The notes: a model not told the origin generated them from the letters alone. 43,546 nucleotides of DNA from a virus (IMGVR_UViG_3300037311_000460:1-43546); one strand, 5' to 3'; positions 16,090 to 26,263 are shown, numbered from the stretch's first letter. Made by a program: numbers and translations.

Positions 16090-16404
16090 ATGTCCGATTG
16101 GTGGATCAAGGCCATCGACCGCGTCGGCATGCCCGCGGCCATGTGCGCGGTGCTGATCTACTTCACGTGGCACCAGACCAACGCGCTCAGCAAGCAATCG
16201 GACGCGCTGCAACTGTTTGTGACGGCCACGGTCCGGGACACGACGGCCGCGCTGGTGAGGGCCGAAGAGACGAACAAGCGCGTTGAGGCGTCGCTCGATG
16301 AGATCCTGGCGATCCGCGAGCGGTGGATCGACGCGCTTGAGCGTCAGACCGAGGTGAGCGAGCGCGTCTTGCAGCGGCTCGATCCGCGCGGGGGGGGGCC
16401 GTGA
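16090..16404 (+). CDS. Holin-like protein (N-terminal TM plus coiled coil)
   Basis: IDRVGMPAAMCAVLIYFTW then heptad coil, BhlA-like architecture; start may be GTG 16051. Confidence 0.55.
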   Translation: MSDWWIKAIDRVGMPAAMCAVLIYFTWHQTNALSKQSDALQLFVTATVRDTTAALVRAEETNKRVEASLDEILAIRERWIDALERQTEVSERVLQRLDPRGGGP

Positions 16405-17546
16405 GCATCACCCTCGACGGACTCGAGTGCAACACGCACGGCTACCCCGAGAAAAACGCCTCTGGTTCGGCAGCCGAGTACGGGTGCGTCTACAACTGCG
16501 TGACCGGCTCGGGCCCTACGCTCATCGGCCCCACGCTGAACTGGGTCGAAGCCGCCGCCGCCTGGGCCGCCGCGCTGCCTGCGGTGAACGCCGCGCACAA
16601 CCCGTACCACTGGGGCGTTAACCCTGCGCCGGGGATGATTCAACAAGGGCTCGGCGACGACCTTCAGCCTTACCCCTGGTACAACTTTTTCGCGTACGAC
16701 GACGCGCTTCGCGACGCGATCAACGGAACGCCTCAATCCCCGTCCTGGCGAATCAATCCGCCGGCGCAAGTGATCGCCGCCGGCTACGCGGCCGACACCG
16801 TTAATCGCTCGGGCCTCGCGAGCACACTGCGGCTGATGCGCGACGTGTGCGCGGCGCGCGGCATGAAGTATCTCCAATACATGGGGCGGCTCGACACGCC
16901 CGACAGCAAAGCGCTGATCGAAGCCGATGAGGCGGCTTGGCGTGCGCGAGCCGACGCGGCGCTCGACTACATGCAGAACGTCGTCGGTGCTGACGCGGTG
17001 GCGATCGACGTGTCCGCCCCGTACGGCGGCTTCTCGCGCTACGCGGGCCCCATCAACGGAATCTCGGCACTCGCGCAAAGCCGGTTCGAGCGGTGGTTTG
17101 CCGAGGCCGCGCGTCGCCGCGAGCTCGACCCGACCTACCCGCTCGTCTGCGTCGAGCCGTGGCCTGAGTCGGCCGCCGACGCGAGCAACCCGCGCCAATC
17201 GAACCGACTGCTGAGTCCGCAGGCGACTGGCCGAGCGCTCGGCGTTCCCGCGTACATCAACAACAACGACGCCAAGCAGTACGGCCCGCTTGCCGCGAAC
17301 CCCGCTTCGTGGATGGCTCCCCTTGGCGATCACCGCTGGTTTTGCGCTCAGCACGCTGGCGACGAGACACCGGCCGACGTGCGGGCGATCGTAAAGGCGG
17401 GTGGCGTGTGGTGCGTGTCGCACTTCGAGGCGGCCAGTCGTACGCCGCTGCTGCCGCCCCGCGCTTCTGCGTCGCCGTCGATCGACGATCGCAGCGCCTA
17501 CCACCAACAGTACGCACCCAGCATGGGGGCCCGCGGGCGCCGCTAG
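16401..17546 (+). CDS. Hypothetical protein, possibly glycoside-hydrolase-like barrel
   Basis: 381 aa, aromatic-rich, alternating beta/alpha pattern (YLQYMG, AVAIDVS, VCVEPWP); function inferred only. Confidence 0.6.
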   Translation: MSITLDGLECNTHGYPEKNASGSAAEYGCVYNCVTGSGPTLIGPTLNWVEAAAAWAAALPAVNAAHNPYHWGVNPAPGMIQQGLGDDLQPYPWYNFFAYDDALRDAINGTPQSPSWRINPPAQVIAAGYAADTVNRSGLASTLRLMRDVCAARGMKYLQYMGRLDTPDSKALIEADEAAWRARADAALDYMQNVVGADAVAIDVSAPYGGFSRYAGPINGISALAQSRFERWFAEAARRRELDPTYPLVCVEPWPESAADASNPRQSNRLLSPQATGRALGVPAYINNNDAKQYGPLAANPASWMAPLGDHRWFCAQHAGDETPADVRAIVKAGGVWCVSHFEAASRTPLLPPRASASPSIDDRSAYHQQYAPSMGARGRR

Positions 17547-17549
17547 AAC

Positions 17550-18332
17550 ATGGGTCACGAAGCACTCTTGAGCGACCCGGCGCTCCACGCTCGGTGGGCG
17601 TCCGTCGGCTCGAACAACCCGAACGACTCGACGGCAGGGGGTCGCAACGCGATCTGGGGGGGCGCCGCGCTCTACGAGCCGAAGCCGGCCGGCGTCCCCG
17701 TCGAGGGAGCCTCGTTCCGCTTCGATCGCACCACGTGGCTCGGCGGTATCAACCTCGGGCTGACGACCAACACAATCACGCTGATGGCGTGGGTGCTCGA
17801 CGACGACTCGGCCGTGGCGGGGTCGGGGCTACTGTTCAACCGCGCCGGCGGCCTTGTCAACGGCCTCAACGTCGCCAACAACGACCGCGACCACTGGGGT
17901 TTCCACTGGAACACGGTGCCCGCGACCTACGACTGGGCGAGCGGACCGCTGCGGACACCGGGGCAGTGGCAGCACGTCGCGCTGCGAATCTCGCCGACAA
18001 GCGCCGTCATCCAAGTACAGAGCCCGGGGGGCCAGCCTACCGAAAGCGTGCTCGCCGGGACGTACGCGTCTGTCGCTGCGGGGGCGTCGTTCGAGGTCGG
18101 CCGTGACTCCGTTTTTGTCCCCCCGGGTCGCTACTGGGGAGGGCAAATGAACGACATCCGCGCTTACTCGCGCACTCTGTCGTTCGCCGAGGTGGCTTCA
18201 ATCGCTGTGTTATCACGCCGCGGCCGCCTCACGGCTCGAAACAACCACGTTGCGCAAGCGATTGCGATTCCAACCGCTCGGGACGTCATCGCGCACCCCG
18301 GCCACAACCTCGCCTCAGGAGCTTCGCGATGA
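17550..18332 (+). CDS. LamG / concanavalin A-like lectin domain protein
   Basis: TITLMAWV, GQWQHVAL, YWGGQMNDIRAYSRTLSFAEV. Confidence 0.85.
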   Translation: MGHEALLSDPALHARWASVGSNNPNDSTAGGRNAIWGGAALYEPKPAGVPVEGASFRFDRTTWLGGINLGLTTNTITLMAWVLDDDSAVAGSGLLFNRAGGLVNGLNVANNDRDHWGFHWNTVPATYDWASGPLRTPGQWQHVALRISPTSAVIQVQSPGGQPTESVLAGTYASVAAGASFEVGRDSVFVPPGRYWGGQMNDIRAYSRTLSFAEVASIAVLSRRGRLTARNNHVAQAIAIPTARDVIAHPGHNLASGASR

Positions 18333-18631
18333 GTCTCTCCCCCGTTGCGGTTCTCAACAACCAAACCACCAACGCCACGAGCAGCACGTTTCCGGTCTAC
18401 GCCGCACCCCAAGTGCTGTCGATCTTCGGCACGCTCGGAGGGGGACGGGTGATCGTCGAGACGTCCCCCGAGGGCGCCAACCGTTGGACCCCCATCGCCG
18501 TGGTGAGCACGGCGGACGATGGCTGCCAGCAGTTCATCCTGCGACAGCGCGACCGCGGTTCCTGGAGCCTACGGGCTCGACTTACGGGGGCCACCGGGGC
18601 GAGCGTCTCGGTGTGGCTTGATCCGCATTGA
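18329..18631 (+). CDS. Small beta-rich phage protein
   Basis: GTLGGGRVIVETSPEG..W...LRARLTGA; ATGA overlap. Confidence 0.7.
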   Translation: MSLSPVAVLNNQTTNATSSTFPVYAAPQVLSIFGTLGGGRVIVETSPEGANRWTPIAVVSTADDGCQQFILRQRDRGSWSLRARLTGATGASVSVWLDPH

Positions 18632-18639
18632 CGCACGCC

Positions 18640-19113
18640 ATGCCCGAGTCTGAAGACAATGCCAACCCTGGGGGGGAAAGGGGGGGCGTGCACAGCGCGC
18701 TAACCGGCGACGCCAATCCTCGCGAGACCCGGCGGCTCATTGAGCGTGCGACGCGCGAGCAGTGGCCGATCCCCGAGGACCGGCTGGCGGAGGTTGTTCG
18801 AATGCAGCTCGACGACGCGACCAACCAGAAGCTGAGTCCGCGCGACCGAGCGAGGGCCAGCACTAACTTAGTGCGGATGAGGTCGGCCAACGCCGCAGCG
18901 GCGAAAGTGGGGCTCGACAAGTCGCTGCCGGACCTCGTGACTTCCGACCCGCACGCGGAGGCGAGGTTCCGCGACTTGCTGGCGGAGGTGACCGATGGAC
19001 CTGACAACCGAGGGCGTGCGCGAAGCGTGGCTGGCTCACTGTTCGCCTCTGACGCTGGCGACGGTCGCGACGCGGGGTCGCATCCGCCCGACGCGGCACC
19101 AGGAGGCGATTGA
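18640..19113 (+). CDS. Putative terminase small subunit (by position)
   Basis: Helical protein directly upstream of and overlapping terL. Confidence 0.5.
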   Translation: MPESEDNANPGGERGGVHSALTGDANPRETRRLIERATREQWPIPEDRLAEVVRMQLDDATNQKLSPRDRARASTNLVRMRSANAAAAKVGLDKSLPDLVTSDPHAEARFRDLLAEVTDGPDNRGRARSVAGSLFASDAGDGRDAGSHPPDAAPGGD

Positions 19114-20428
19114 TGAGCGAGTCTGCCAGCTCATCGAGCGGCGACTGGGGCCCCGCATCCTTGTGGTGCAGGCCCCGCCGAGACACGGCAAGAGCGAGCT
19201 GGCAAGCGTGTGGTTGCCGGCGTGGTTCGTTGGTCGATGGCCCGACAAGTCAGTTGCGGTGACCGGGTACGAAGCGAGGTTTGCAGCGAAGTTCGGGCGC
19301 CGTGCCCGCGACATCTTAGAAGAGCACGGGCCGCGTCTGTTCGGGATGTCGGTCGATCAGGCGGTCCGGGCCCGAGACGAGTGGGGAATCACGGGTCGGC
19401 GTGGCGGGTGCTTCACCTCGGGGGTGGGGGGCCCGCTCACGGGGCGCGGTTTCGACCTGATCGTGGTCGATGACGTTCTCAAGAACAGCGAGCAGGCGCT
19501 ATCGCAGACGGTGCGGGAGTCGCACTGGGACTGGTGGGCCTCGACGGTCCTGACGCGGTTGGAGCCGCGGGGAGTGGTGGTCATGGTCGCGACGAGGTGG
19601 CATAAGGATGATCTGCTGGGCCGCGTGCTGCGCGCCGGGGAAGGACCCGACGGCGAACCGGTCGAGCTGCTTAGTCTGCCGGCGCTCGCCGGGGACGGGG
19701 ACGCCTTGGGTCGGGCGCCTGGCGAACCGCTGTGGCCCGAGCGCTGGAGCCGGACCCACCTCGAGCGCCTGCGCGACTCGTCGGACCCCTACTGGTTCAG
19801 CGCGCTCTACCAGCAGAACCCCGGCTCGCACCGGCTGGCGGAGTGGTCGGAGTCGCTGTTCGGCCCGCACGCGTGGTACGACCGCGCTCCGGACCCGGCG
19901 TCGCACGTCTGCCGGGTGCTGGCTCTTGACCCGAGCCTCGGCAAGACGGCCCGCAGCGACTTCTCGGCGTTCGTGATGCTCACCACCACGCTCGATGGGC
20001 TGGTCTACGTCGATGCGTCGATCGAACGCCGCAGCGTGACGCAAATGCTGGCCGACGGGGCGTCGATCGCCAACTACTTCCGGCCCGACCAGTGGGCTAT
20101 CGAGACCAACGCTTTTGGCGCGCTCGAGGATTTGCTCTACGCCACCTGGGACGGCGTGTTGCCCCCCGTGGCGACCGTCACCCAGCACACGGATAAGGTG
20201 GACCGCATCCGATTGGGGCTCGGGACGCTGTTGTCGCAAGGGCGTCTGCGGCTCCGCCGCGGGAGCGTTGGCGCCGAGCGACTTGCCGAGCAGCTGCAGC
20301 AGTTCCCGCGCGGATCGCACGACGACGGACCCGACGCGCTCGAGATGGGGGTACGTGTCGCCTCGGCCCTCGACGCCCAGCTCCGCACTTACGCAACCGA
20401 CCCCTCGCTAGAGGCCCAACGATCATGA
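18995..20428 (+). CDS. terL: Terminase large subunit
   Basis: APPRHGKSEL Walker A, LTGRGFDLIVVDD Walker B, TRWHKDDL, ALYQQNP, LDPS, HDDGPDAL. Confidence 0.95.
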   Translation: MDLTTEGVREAWLAHCSPLTLATVATRGRIRPTRHQEAIDERVCQLIERRLGPRILVVQAPPRHGKSELASVWLPAWFVGRWPDKSVAVTGYEARFAAKFGRRARDILEEHGPRLFGMSVDQAVRARDEWGITGRRGGCFTSGVGGPLTGRGFDLIVVDDVLKNSEQALSQTVRESHWDWWASTVLTRLEPRGVVVMVATRWHKDDLLGRVLRAGEGPDGEPVELLSLPALAGDGDALGRAPGEPLWPERWSRTHLERLRDSSDPYWFSALYQQNPGSHRLAEWSESLFGPHAWYDRAPDPASHVCRVLALDPSLGKTARSDFSAFVMLTTTLDGLVYVDASIERRSVTQMLADGASIANYFRPDQWAIETNAFGALEDLLYATWDGVLPPVATVTQHTDKVDRIRLGLGTLLSQGRLRLRRGSVGAERLAEQLQQFPRGSHDDGPDALEMGVRVASALDAQLRTYATDPSLEAQRS

Positions 20429-22056
20429 CCACCCCCGCCAACCCCTCGGCCAAGGAACGACTGGCCGAACTGCTCGCCGCCCGCGAAGCCCGCATCGTCG
20501 AGCGCGACCTCGCGATTCTGGAGGCGGAGACGCGCTACCTCGAATCAATCGGCCTGTTCGCCGGCGTGCCGAACGGCCCGGCCGGGGTCGCCGCCGCGCT
20601 CGAGCACAACGAGCTGGTGAGCCGCGAGCACGACGGGCAGCGAGACCCGTTCAGTGGATCGCTGCGCGACGAGCCGAACGACTACCAGGACGGCGACTTC
20701 TGGCCGCACTGGCGCACGGAGGTCGAGCTAGCGGAGATTCGCGGGCCGGCCAAGCAGATGCACGCTACGAACGCCGTCGTCATCAATGCGATTGACACAG
20801 TGGCGAACTACGTCCTGGGGACGGAGGGATTCACCTACTCGGTCGAACTGATCGAACCGGGCGCGGAGGGGCTCGCCGCGCTCTGCCAATCGATCGTGGA
20901 AGAGTTCCTCGAGCGCGTCGAGTACGCCGGCACCATTCAGCCCGAGCTATTCCAGCGGCGGCTGGTGGAGGGGGAGCGGTTTCTTGAAGTGGTCGCGAAG
21001 GACGACGGGACAAGCGCACTGCGGCTGCATGAGCCGTCGTGGATCACTGCCCCGTCGAATGCCGAGCTGCTGGAAGAGCACTACGGACTCCCCAGGCTGC
21101 ACTGGAAGTACGGGGTGGCGACCGACCCGGACAACATGGCAACGGTCCGTGCGTACTTCTCGGCTGCGTATGGCTCAGGGACACAGCGAGTCATCCCAGC
21201 CGACGAGATGCTTCACTCAAAGAAGAACGTCCCCACGGGGGTCAAGCGTGGCTTGTCGGACCTGTACGCCGCGTCGCGATGGATTCGCAAGAGCGACACG
21301 ACAGTCGGCAACGCGCTCGAGGGGGCGGCGATCCAGGCGGCCATCGCAATGGTCCGCAAGCACTCCGAGCGGGTCACGCGGGCGAGTCTTGAGCGCGGGG
21401 CGAGCGACGTGCGGTTCCTCACGCAGCGCAGCAGCGCGCCGGGATCAGCGAACGTGCGCGCCGAGCTCTGGCAGTCGGGGACAATCCTCGACACCCAGGA
21501 CGTTGACTACATGCTCGGCCCGATGGGTCAGCCGAGCGGCAACACTTTCGTGGACGTGGCGGAGGCCGGGGACCGGCGTTTCGGGGTGCGCTGGTCGCTG
21601 CCGTACCACATGGTGTCGGCCGACGCATCGAACGCCAACTACGCCAGCACGCTCGTCGCGGAGGCGCCGTTCGTGAAGTCGGCCGCACGGCTCCAGGGGG
21701 TGGAGAAGGCGCACGACGCGCGGCTGCTGTGGATGGTGCTCCGCAACGCGGTGGCGGCCAACATGATCCCGGGCGTCGCGAGTGTGCAGCAACTGCGACG
21801 CGTGGTGCGGCTCAAAATCACGGCACCGGCAATGGTGGTGCGCGACCAAACGCAAGAGCGTTTGGGGCGGATCGCCGAGCATCAAGCGGGGCTGCTGAGC
21901 CGTCGATCGGCGATCGAGGAATCGGACCGCGACCCCGAGGTCGAGCTGAAGCGCCTCGACGAAGAGCCGCGTCCCGACACCCCCAGCCCGTTCGGTCAGG
22001 CCCTCGCCCACGCGGCCGAGTCGTGGTCGCTTGATCGTCGGAAGGGGAAGCGATGA
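20425..22056 (+). CDS. Portal protein
   Basis: 543 aa after terL; VEGERF, IPADEMLHSK...KRGLS, DASNANYAS. Confidence 0.88.
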   Translation: MTTPANPSAKERLAELLAAREARIVERDLAILEAETRYLESIGLFAGVPNGPAGVAAALEHNELVSREHDGQRDPFSGSLRDEPNDYQDGDFWPHWRTEVELAEIRGPAKQMHATNAVVINAIDTVANYVLGTEGFTYSVELIEPGAEGLAALCQSIVEEFLERVEYAGTIQPELFQRRLVEGERFLEVVAKDDGTSALRLHEPSWITAPSNAELLEEHYGLPRLHWKYGVATDPDNMATVRAYFSAAYGSGTQRVIPADEMLHSKKNVPTGVKRGLSDLYAASRWIRKSDTTVGNALEGAAIQAAIAMVRKHSERVTRASLERGASDVRFLTQRSSAPGSANVRAELWQSGTILDTQDVDYMLGPMGQPSGNTFVDVAEAGDRRFGVRWSLPYHMVSADASNANYASTLVAEAPFVKSAARLQGVEKAHDARLLWMVLRNAVAANMIPGVASVQQLRRVVRLKITAPAMVVRDQTQERLGRIAEHQAGLLSRRSAIEESDRDPEVELKRLDEEPRPDTPSPFGQALAHAAESWSLDRRKGKR

Positions 22057-22931
22057 CCCGCATCGAGCGGCTGCGTCTGGCCTACGAACAGGACGTTCGC
22101 GACGCGCTCTCCGCGCTCGAACCGCGTCGTCGGGCCAAGCTGCGCGAGGCGCTCCGCCAGTACGGCGACCCCGAGTCGATCCCCCCGGAGTTCTGGCGCG
22201 CGCACGCCGCCGAGGTTCGACAGCCGCTTGTGGAGCTATCGCGCAAGTTCGCCGCCGACTGCTACGCCGACGGGGTGCGCAGCGCGAAGACCGGGGGGAA
22301 CTGGACGACTGCCGCCGTGATCGCGGGGCTGACGTACTGGTGGCTCTCGTCGGAGGACGATCCGCCGGAAGGGACCGCGTTTGGGACGCAACCGCCCACG
22401 ACCCCGGGGAGCTCCCCCACCTCGGTCCGTCAACTCGCGCCCGAACGGTCCGTGCGCCCGGACGCGAAGATACCCCTGGAGATGCCCCCCTTCGACGCCA
22501 CGCTGCTCGACACGATGGCGACCGAACGCACGGCGCCGCTCGGGGAGCGGTACGCCTCGTCGATTGCGATGGACGCGACGGCGAGCGCTCAGGTGCGGCT
22601 CGTCGATGGGTTCCGCGAAATCGAGGCCCGCGACGGCCGTGTGAAGGCCGACATACTGCTCGACATTGTGCTCGCGCCGGAGAGCACCGAGTCGATTGTG
22701 GTGACGCGCGCCACGGCAGGCGCTGCCGGTGCTCGAAGGCTCTCGGCGGCGGACCTCAAGCAAATTGGCCTAGAGCCGGTCGAGCTGTGGATCACGGAGG
22801 CGGACAGCAAGGTGTGCCCGCTCTGCCGGCCCCTCGCGCGCCGCCCTGCCGCCGAATGGGAGCGTGACTATCCGCTCGGCCCCCCAGCGCACCCTAACTG
22901 CCGCTGCGACACCCTGATCGTCCTGGAGTGA
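22053..22931 (+). CDS. Head morphogenesis protein (Mu gpF / SPP1 gp7-like)
   Basis: WITEADSKVCPLC...PPAHPNCRC. Confidence 0.88.
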   Translation: MTRIERLRLAYEQDVRDALSALEPRRRAKLREALRQYGDPESIPPEFWRAHAAEVRQPLVELSRKFAADCYADGVRSAKTGGNWTTAAVIAGLTYWWLSSEDDPPEGTAFGTQPPTTPGSSPTSVRQLAPERSVRPDAKIPLEMPPFDATLLDTMATERTAPLGERYASSIAMDATASAQVRLVDGFREIEARDGRVKADILLDIVLAPESTESIVVTRATAGAAGARRLSAADLKQIGLEPVELWITEADSKVCPLCRPLARRPAAEWERDYPLGPPAHPNCRCDTLIVLE

Positions 22932-23155
22932 GCGAGTCGATGCCGGATCGCGAACGCACCTCGACCGACGACGCGCCCGCTGGGTACGTCAAGCTCGTCA
23001 GCTACCGGCCGCTCTGCCCCACGCACGGCGACACGATGCGCTGCTACACGACGCAGCCCAACGGGGTAAGCTATTACCGCTGCACCGCCGAGGGGTGCGA
23101 GAACACGGGCAAGACGCCGCGTCGCGGACGGCGGCCGTTTGTGCCCGGATCGTGA
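22928..23155 (+). CDS. Ogr/Delta-like zinc-finger, candidate late activator
   Basis: CPTH...YYRCTAEGC resembles Ogr CxxC...YxxCxxxxC. Confidence 0.6.
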   Translation: MSESMPDRERTSTDDAPAGYVKLVSYRPLCPTHGDTMRCYTTQPNGVSYYRCTAEGCENTGKTPRRGRRPFVPGS

Positions 23156-23168
23156 CTTTGGTGAATGC

Positions 23169-23226
23169 TTACCGCGCCACAGTAACTGAGTCTGGAGCGA
23201 GAGAATACAGGCGCTAAGGTGGTTGC
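23169..23226 (+). promoter_or_regulatory. Candidate activator-dependent, leaderless late promoter
   Basis: TTAC-N9-GTAA at 23169-23185; -10-like TAAGGT at 23215-23220, 6 nt before ATG 23227; no good -35. Confidence 0.45.
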
Positions 23227-24360
23227 ATGAGCACCACCACACCCCGCCGCAAGGCGATCAAGAAGATCCGCCGCACCGTCGCCAAGCGCGAGACGACGCG
23301 TGAGACGGTCACCTCGGCGGTAGAATCGGTCTCGCTGGACGAGCGGAAGATCGACCGCAAGGCCGGGGTGATCTACGGCGCCCGCATCCTGAACGCCGAG
23401 AGTCGCAACGGCCGGGTCTACACCCGCGAGGCGATGGAAGGGGCGATCAGCAAGTACGACCGCAAGCCGGTCTGCTTCGACCATCCGTCGATGGACAAGC
23501 GCACGCAGCCGCGGAGCGTCCGGGAGTCGTGGGGCGAGATTCGCAACCCGCGGGTCCGTTCGTTCGGCGGCCAGCCCTGCATCGTCGGGGACGTTCACTA
23601 CACCAAGACGCACGCCGCGACGGAGTCGCTGCTCGAGCGGATCGAGCGGAAGTTCGCCGTCGGGCTTTCGCACAACACGGACGTGGTCGAGCGCGTCGGT
23701 TCCGACGGCCGCCGCGTCGTCGAGCGGATCGCGGAGGTCTACGGGGTCGATATCGTGTCCCGACCTGCCACGACCAACAGCGTGTTTGAGCACGAAACGC
23801 CCCGCAAGGCGAAGTCGGCGCGTAAGGTCCGAAAGCCCGCCGTCGAGCAGGACGAAGCCCCTCAGAGCCCGAGCGACCTCAACGAGGCCGAGGAAGCGGG
23901 CCTCGACGACGAGGGGGCGAAGGACCTGCTGGCCGAGATGCGGGAGGCGATGCTCCTGATCCTGGACGACGCCGAGCTCGACGACGCTAGCAAGCTCAGC
24001 CGCATCCGCGCGATGCTCGCCGACCCCGAGGCGGACGACGAGCAGGGCGAACCCGAGTCCGACGAGATTCACGCCGGGGGCGCCAGTGAGGCGGAAGAGC
24101 CCGGCGCGATGGCCGCCGCCTTGGAGTGGATCGCCAGCGCGGGGATCGACCTCAAGACGCTGAGCGGCGCCCTGGCGCTCGAGCTGATCCAGGCCGACGA
24201 CGACGAGGCCCGTGAGGCGATCGTCGCGAGCATCCCTCCGGCGAAGCGTGGCGTGAAGCCGCCCGTCGTGAAGACGGCGATGGAGAGCCAAGAGAGCCTT
24301 GCAACGCGACTCGGCGACCAGCCGCTCGCGATCGCTTTGGGAGTCGCGAAGAAAGCCTGA
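23227..24360 (+). CDS. Prohead protease fused to acidic scaffold
   Basis: ESRNGRVYTREAM, FDHP, VGLSHN, VDIVSRPATT; acidic helical C-terminal half. Confidence 0.85.
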   Translation: MSTTTPRRKAIKKIRRTVAKRETTRETVTSAVESVSLDERKIDRKAGVIYGARILNAESRNGRVYTREAMEGAISKYDRKPVCFDHPSMDKRTQPRSVRESWGEIRNPRVRSFGGQPCIVGDVHYTKTHAATESLLERIERKFAVGLSHNTDVVERVGSDGRRVVERIAEVYGVDIVSRPATTNSVFEHETPRKAKSARKVRKPAVEQDEAPQSPSDLNEAEEAGLDDEGAKDLLAEMREAMLLILDDAELDDASKLSRIRAMLADPEADDEQGEPESDEIHAGGASEAEEPGAMAAALEWIASAGIDLKTLSGALALELIQADDDEAREAIVASIPPAKRGVKPPVVKTAMESQESLATRLGDQPLAIALGVAKKA

Positions 24361-24406
24361 TCGCGGCTTCCGCACACGTTCACCACCAAGCCTACCGAGG
24401 GCGACC

Positions 24407-24877
24407 ATGCCGCTCCGCAGCATCGAAGAAGAGTCTGACACCGCCTACTACTACGTCGCCATCGGCGATCGGATCGACTACGGCGACCTGCTGTACCTCG
24501 ACACGGCCAACAACGTTGTGCGTCGTGCGTCGCAGCAGGCCGACCAAGGCACCGAGGTCGCCAATCAGGCGCTGTTCAACGACCTGTTCGTTGGGATCGC
24601 CGTCGGCGAGACGACTGGCGCCGAGACCACGCAGACTCGCATCCCAGTGCGTCGTTACGGGGTCGCGACGTACGACTGTGCGCCCGCCACGTTCCAGGTG
24701 GACGACTGGATCGGGCCGGTGGAGCAGGGGAACGGCACCCAGCTCGAAAACCAGCGCGTGATGCGGGTCACCAACGCGGCAAACGCCATCGGCCGCTGCG
24801 AGGATCGCACCGCGGCTAATGCAACCATGGTCCGCTTCCGCGTCCGCCCGTCGCGTATCTCGCTGGTCAACGGCTAA
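24407..24877 (+). CDS. Capsid decoration/cement protein
   Basis: Between protease and capsid; IDYGDLLY, FVGIAV, AIGR. Confidence 0.7.
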   Translation: MPLRSIEEESDTAYYYVAIGDRIDYGDLLYLDTANNVVRRASQQADQGTEVANQALFNDLFVGIAVGETTGAETTQTRIPVRRYGVATYDCAPATFQVDDWIGPVEQGNGTQLENQRVMRVTNAANAIGRCEDRTAANATMVRFRVRPSRISLVNG

Positions 24878-24955
24878 CGCTGCCGAAGCGCAGAGTCCCA
24901 CGTTCACGAGTCCCCTCCGCGCGATTGGTCGCGCTCCAGCAGCAGGATACCAAGG

Positions 24956-26263
24956 ATGAGCGTCACCCTTCAGCGCACTCTGGGCGCCCGTCTCGCGAAG
25001 CTCCGCAAGGACGGCGGTCGCAATGGCGCAGCGCGTGCGAACGCCAACTTCCTCAACGAATGGAATCAGACGCTGGGGCTCGTTGCTCGCAACGAAGTGA
25101 CCGGCGCGATGGAAGAGGTTCGCGACGCCTCGCATCGTCCTGCACTCGCCCCCGGCCGCATCCCGGCCCGCGAAGTGAGCATCAAGGACCTGGCGATTGC
25201 GATCGGCGGTCACGGGTTTCACTCCGCCTTTGACCCCGCCTATCGCGAGGTCGATTCGGTGGCGGCCCTCGAAGCGGGCGGCATGGGGATCGACCCCAGC
25301 CGCTTCCAGGACGTGTCGCTCTTCCGCGCCGCGACGGCCGGCTTGGTGCAGGCCCGCATCCTGGAAGCGTACATGGAGGAGCCGAGCGTCACGGCGGCGC
25401 TTGCCGACGTGCAGAGCACCAAGCGGAATGGCGAGGTCCTGACGGGCCTGGGCGGGTTCTCGCGAGCGTCGATCGACCTCACGCGGCTTCCCAACCAGCC
25501 GCACCAGCGTCTGTCGTTCGGTGACCGCGTCGTGCGGACCCCGGAGACCATCGAGCGTGGGGCCGCTTGCGAGCTGACCAAGGAAGCGGTGTTCTTCGAC
25601 GACACGACCAACGTGCTGGCGAATGCGGCGCAGATTGGTGGGCACCTCAAGTACGTCCAGGACAACGATATCCTGCGGACCGTCTTGGGGATTGACAACA
25701 CCTACAACTACAACGGCATCGGCTACAACACGTTCTTCGCTTCGGGAGGTCCGTGGGTCAACGATCACGTCAACATCTTTGTTGACGAGACGGATATCCA
25801 GAACTGCCGCCGCCTGGCGAGCCGCATGACCGACCCCGAGACGGGCAAGGAAATCGGCTACCCGGACGTCACCACCGTGGTCTACGACCCGGACCAGGAA
25901 GGTGTCTGGGCGCGCGTGCTGAAGAGCACCGAGCAGCGCTTCGTGACGGAGACCAACCGCACCACGATCGCCTCGGCGCCCGAGTATGCCACGCGGCAGT
26001 ACGTTCAGGTCGCCACCAGCCGCATCCGCAACCTGCTGATCGACTCGGGGGTGAGCGAGGCCGAGGCGACGCAGCGCTGGTTCTACGGCGCGCCCAAGAA
26101 GGCGTTCACCTGGTTCGAGAACTGGCCGCTGATGGTCAAGGAAGTGCCGGCGACCGACTACATGATGGTCGATCAGGGCATCTTCGCGAGCTTCTTCACC
26201 AACTACCGCGGTCGCTGCGGCGTGGTCGAGCCGCGCTACTGGATTCGCAACCGCGCGAGCTGA
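24956..26263 (+). CDS. Major capsid protein (Mu gpT-like)
   Basis: 435 aa; ILEAY, ELTKEAVFFDDT, C-terminal RGRCGVVEPRY; position. Confidence 0.85.
   Translation: MSVTLQRTLGARLAKLRKDGGRNGAARANANFLNEWNQTLGLVARNEVTGAMEEVRDASHRPALAPGRIPAREVSIKDLAIAIGGHGFHSAFDPAYREVDSVAALEAGGMGIDPSRFQDVSLFRAATAGLVQARILEAYMEEPSVTAALADVQSTKRNGEVLTGLGGFSRASIDLTRLPNQPHQRLSFGDRVVRTPETIERGAACELTKEAVFFDDTTNVLANAAQIGGHLKYVQDNDILRTVLGIDNTYNYNGIGYNTFFASGGPWVNDHVNIFVDETDIQNCRRLASRMTDPETGKEIGYPDVTTVVYDPDQEGVWARVLKSTEQRFVTETNRTTIASAPEYATRQYVQVATSRIRNLLIDSGVSEAEATQRWFYGAPKKAFTWFENWPLMVKEVPATDYMMVDQGIFASFFTNYRGRCGVVEPRYWIRNRAS

Noticed and set aside
24917-24935. GATTGGTCGCG match to the CRISPR repeat as RNA anti-CRISPR or tracrRNA
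   Set aside because: Only 11 nt, explained by a local hairpin before the capsid gene
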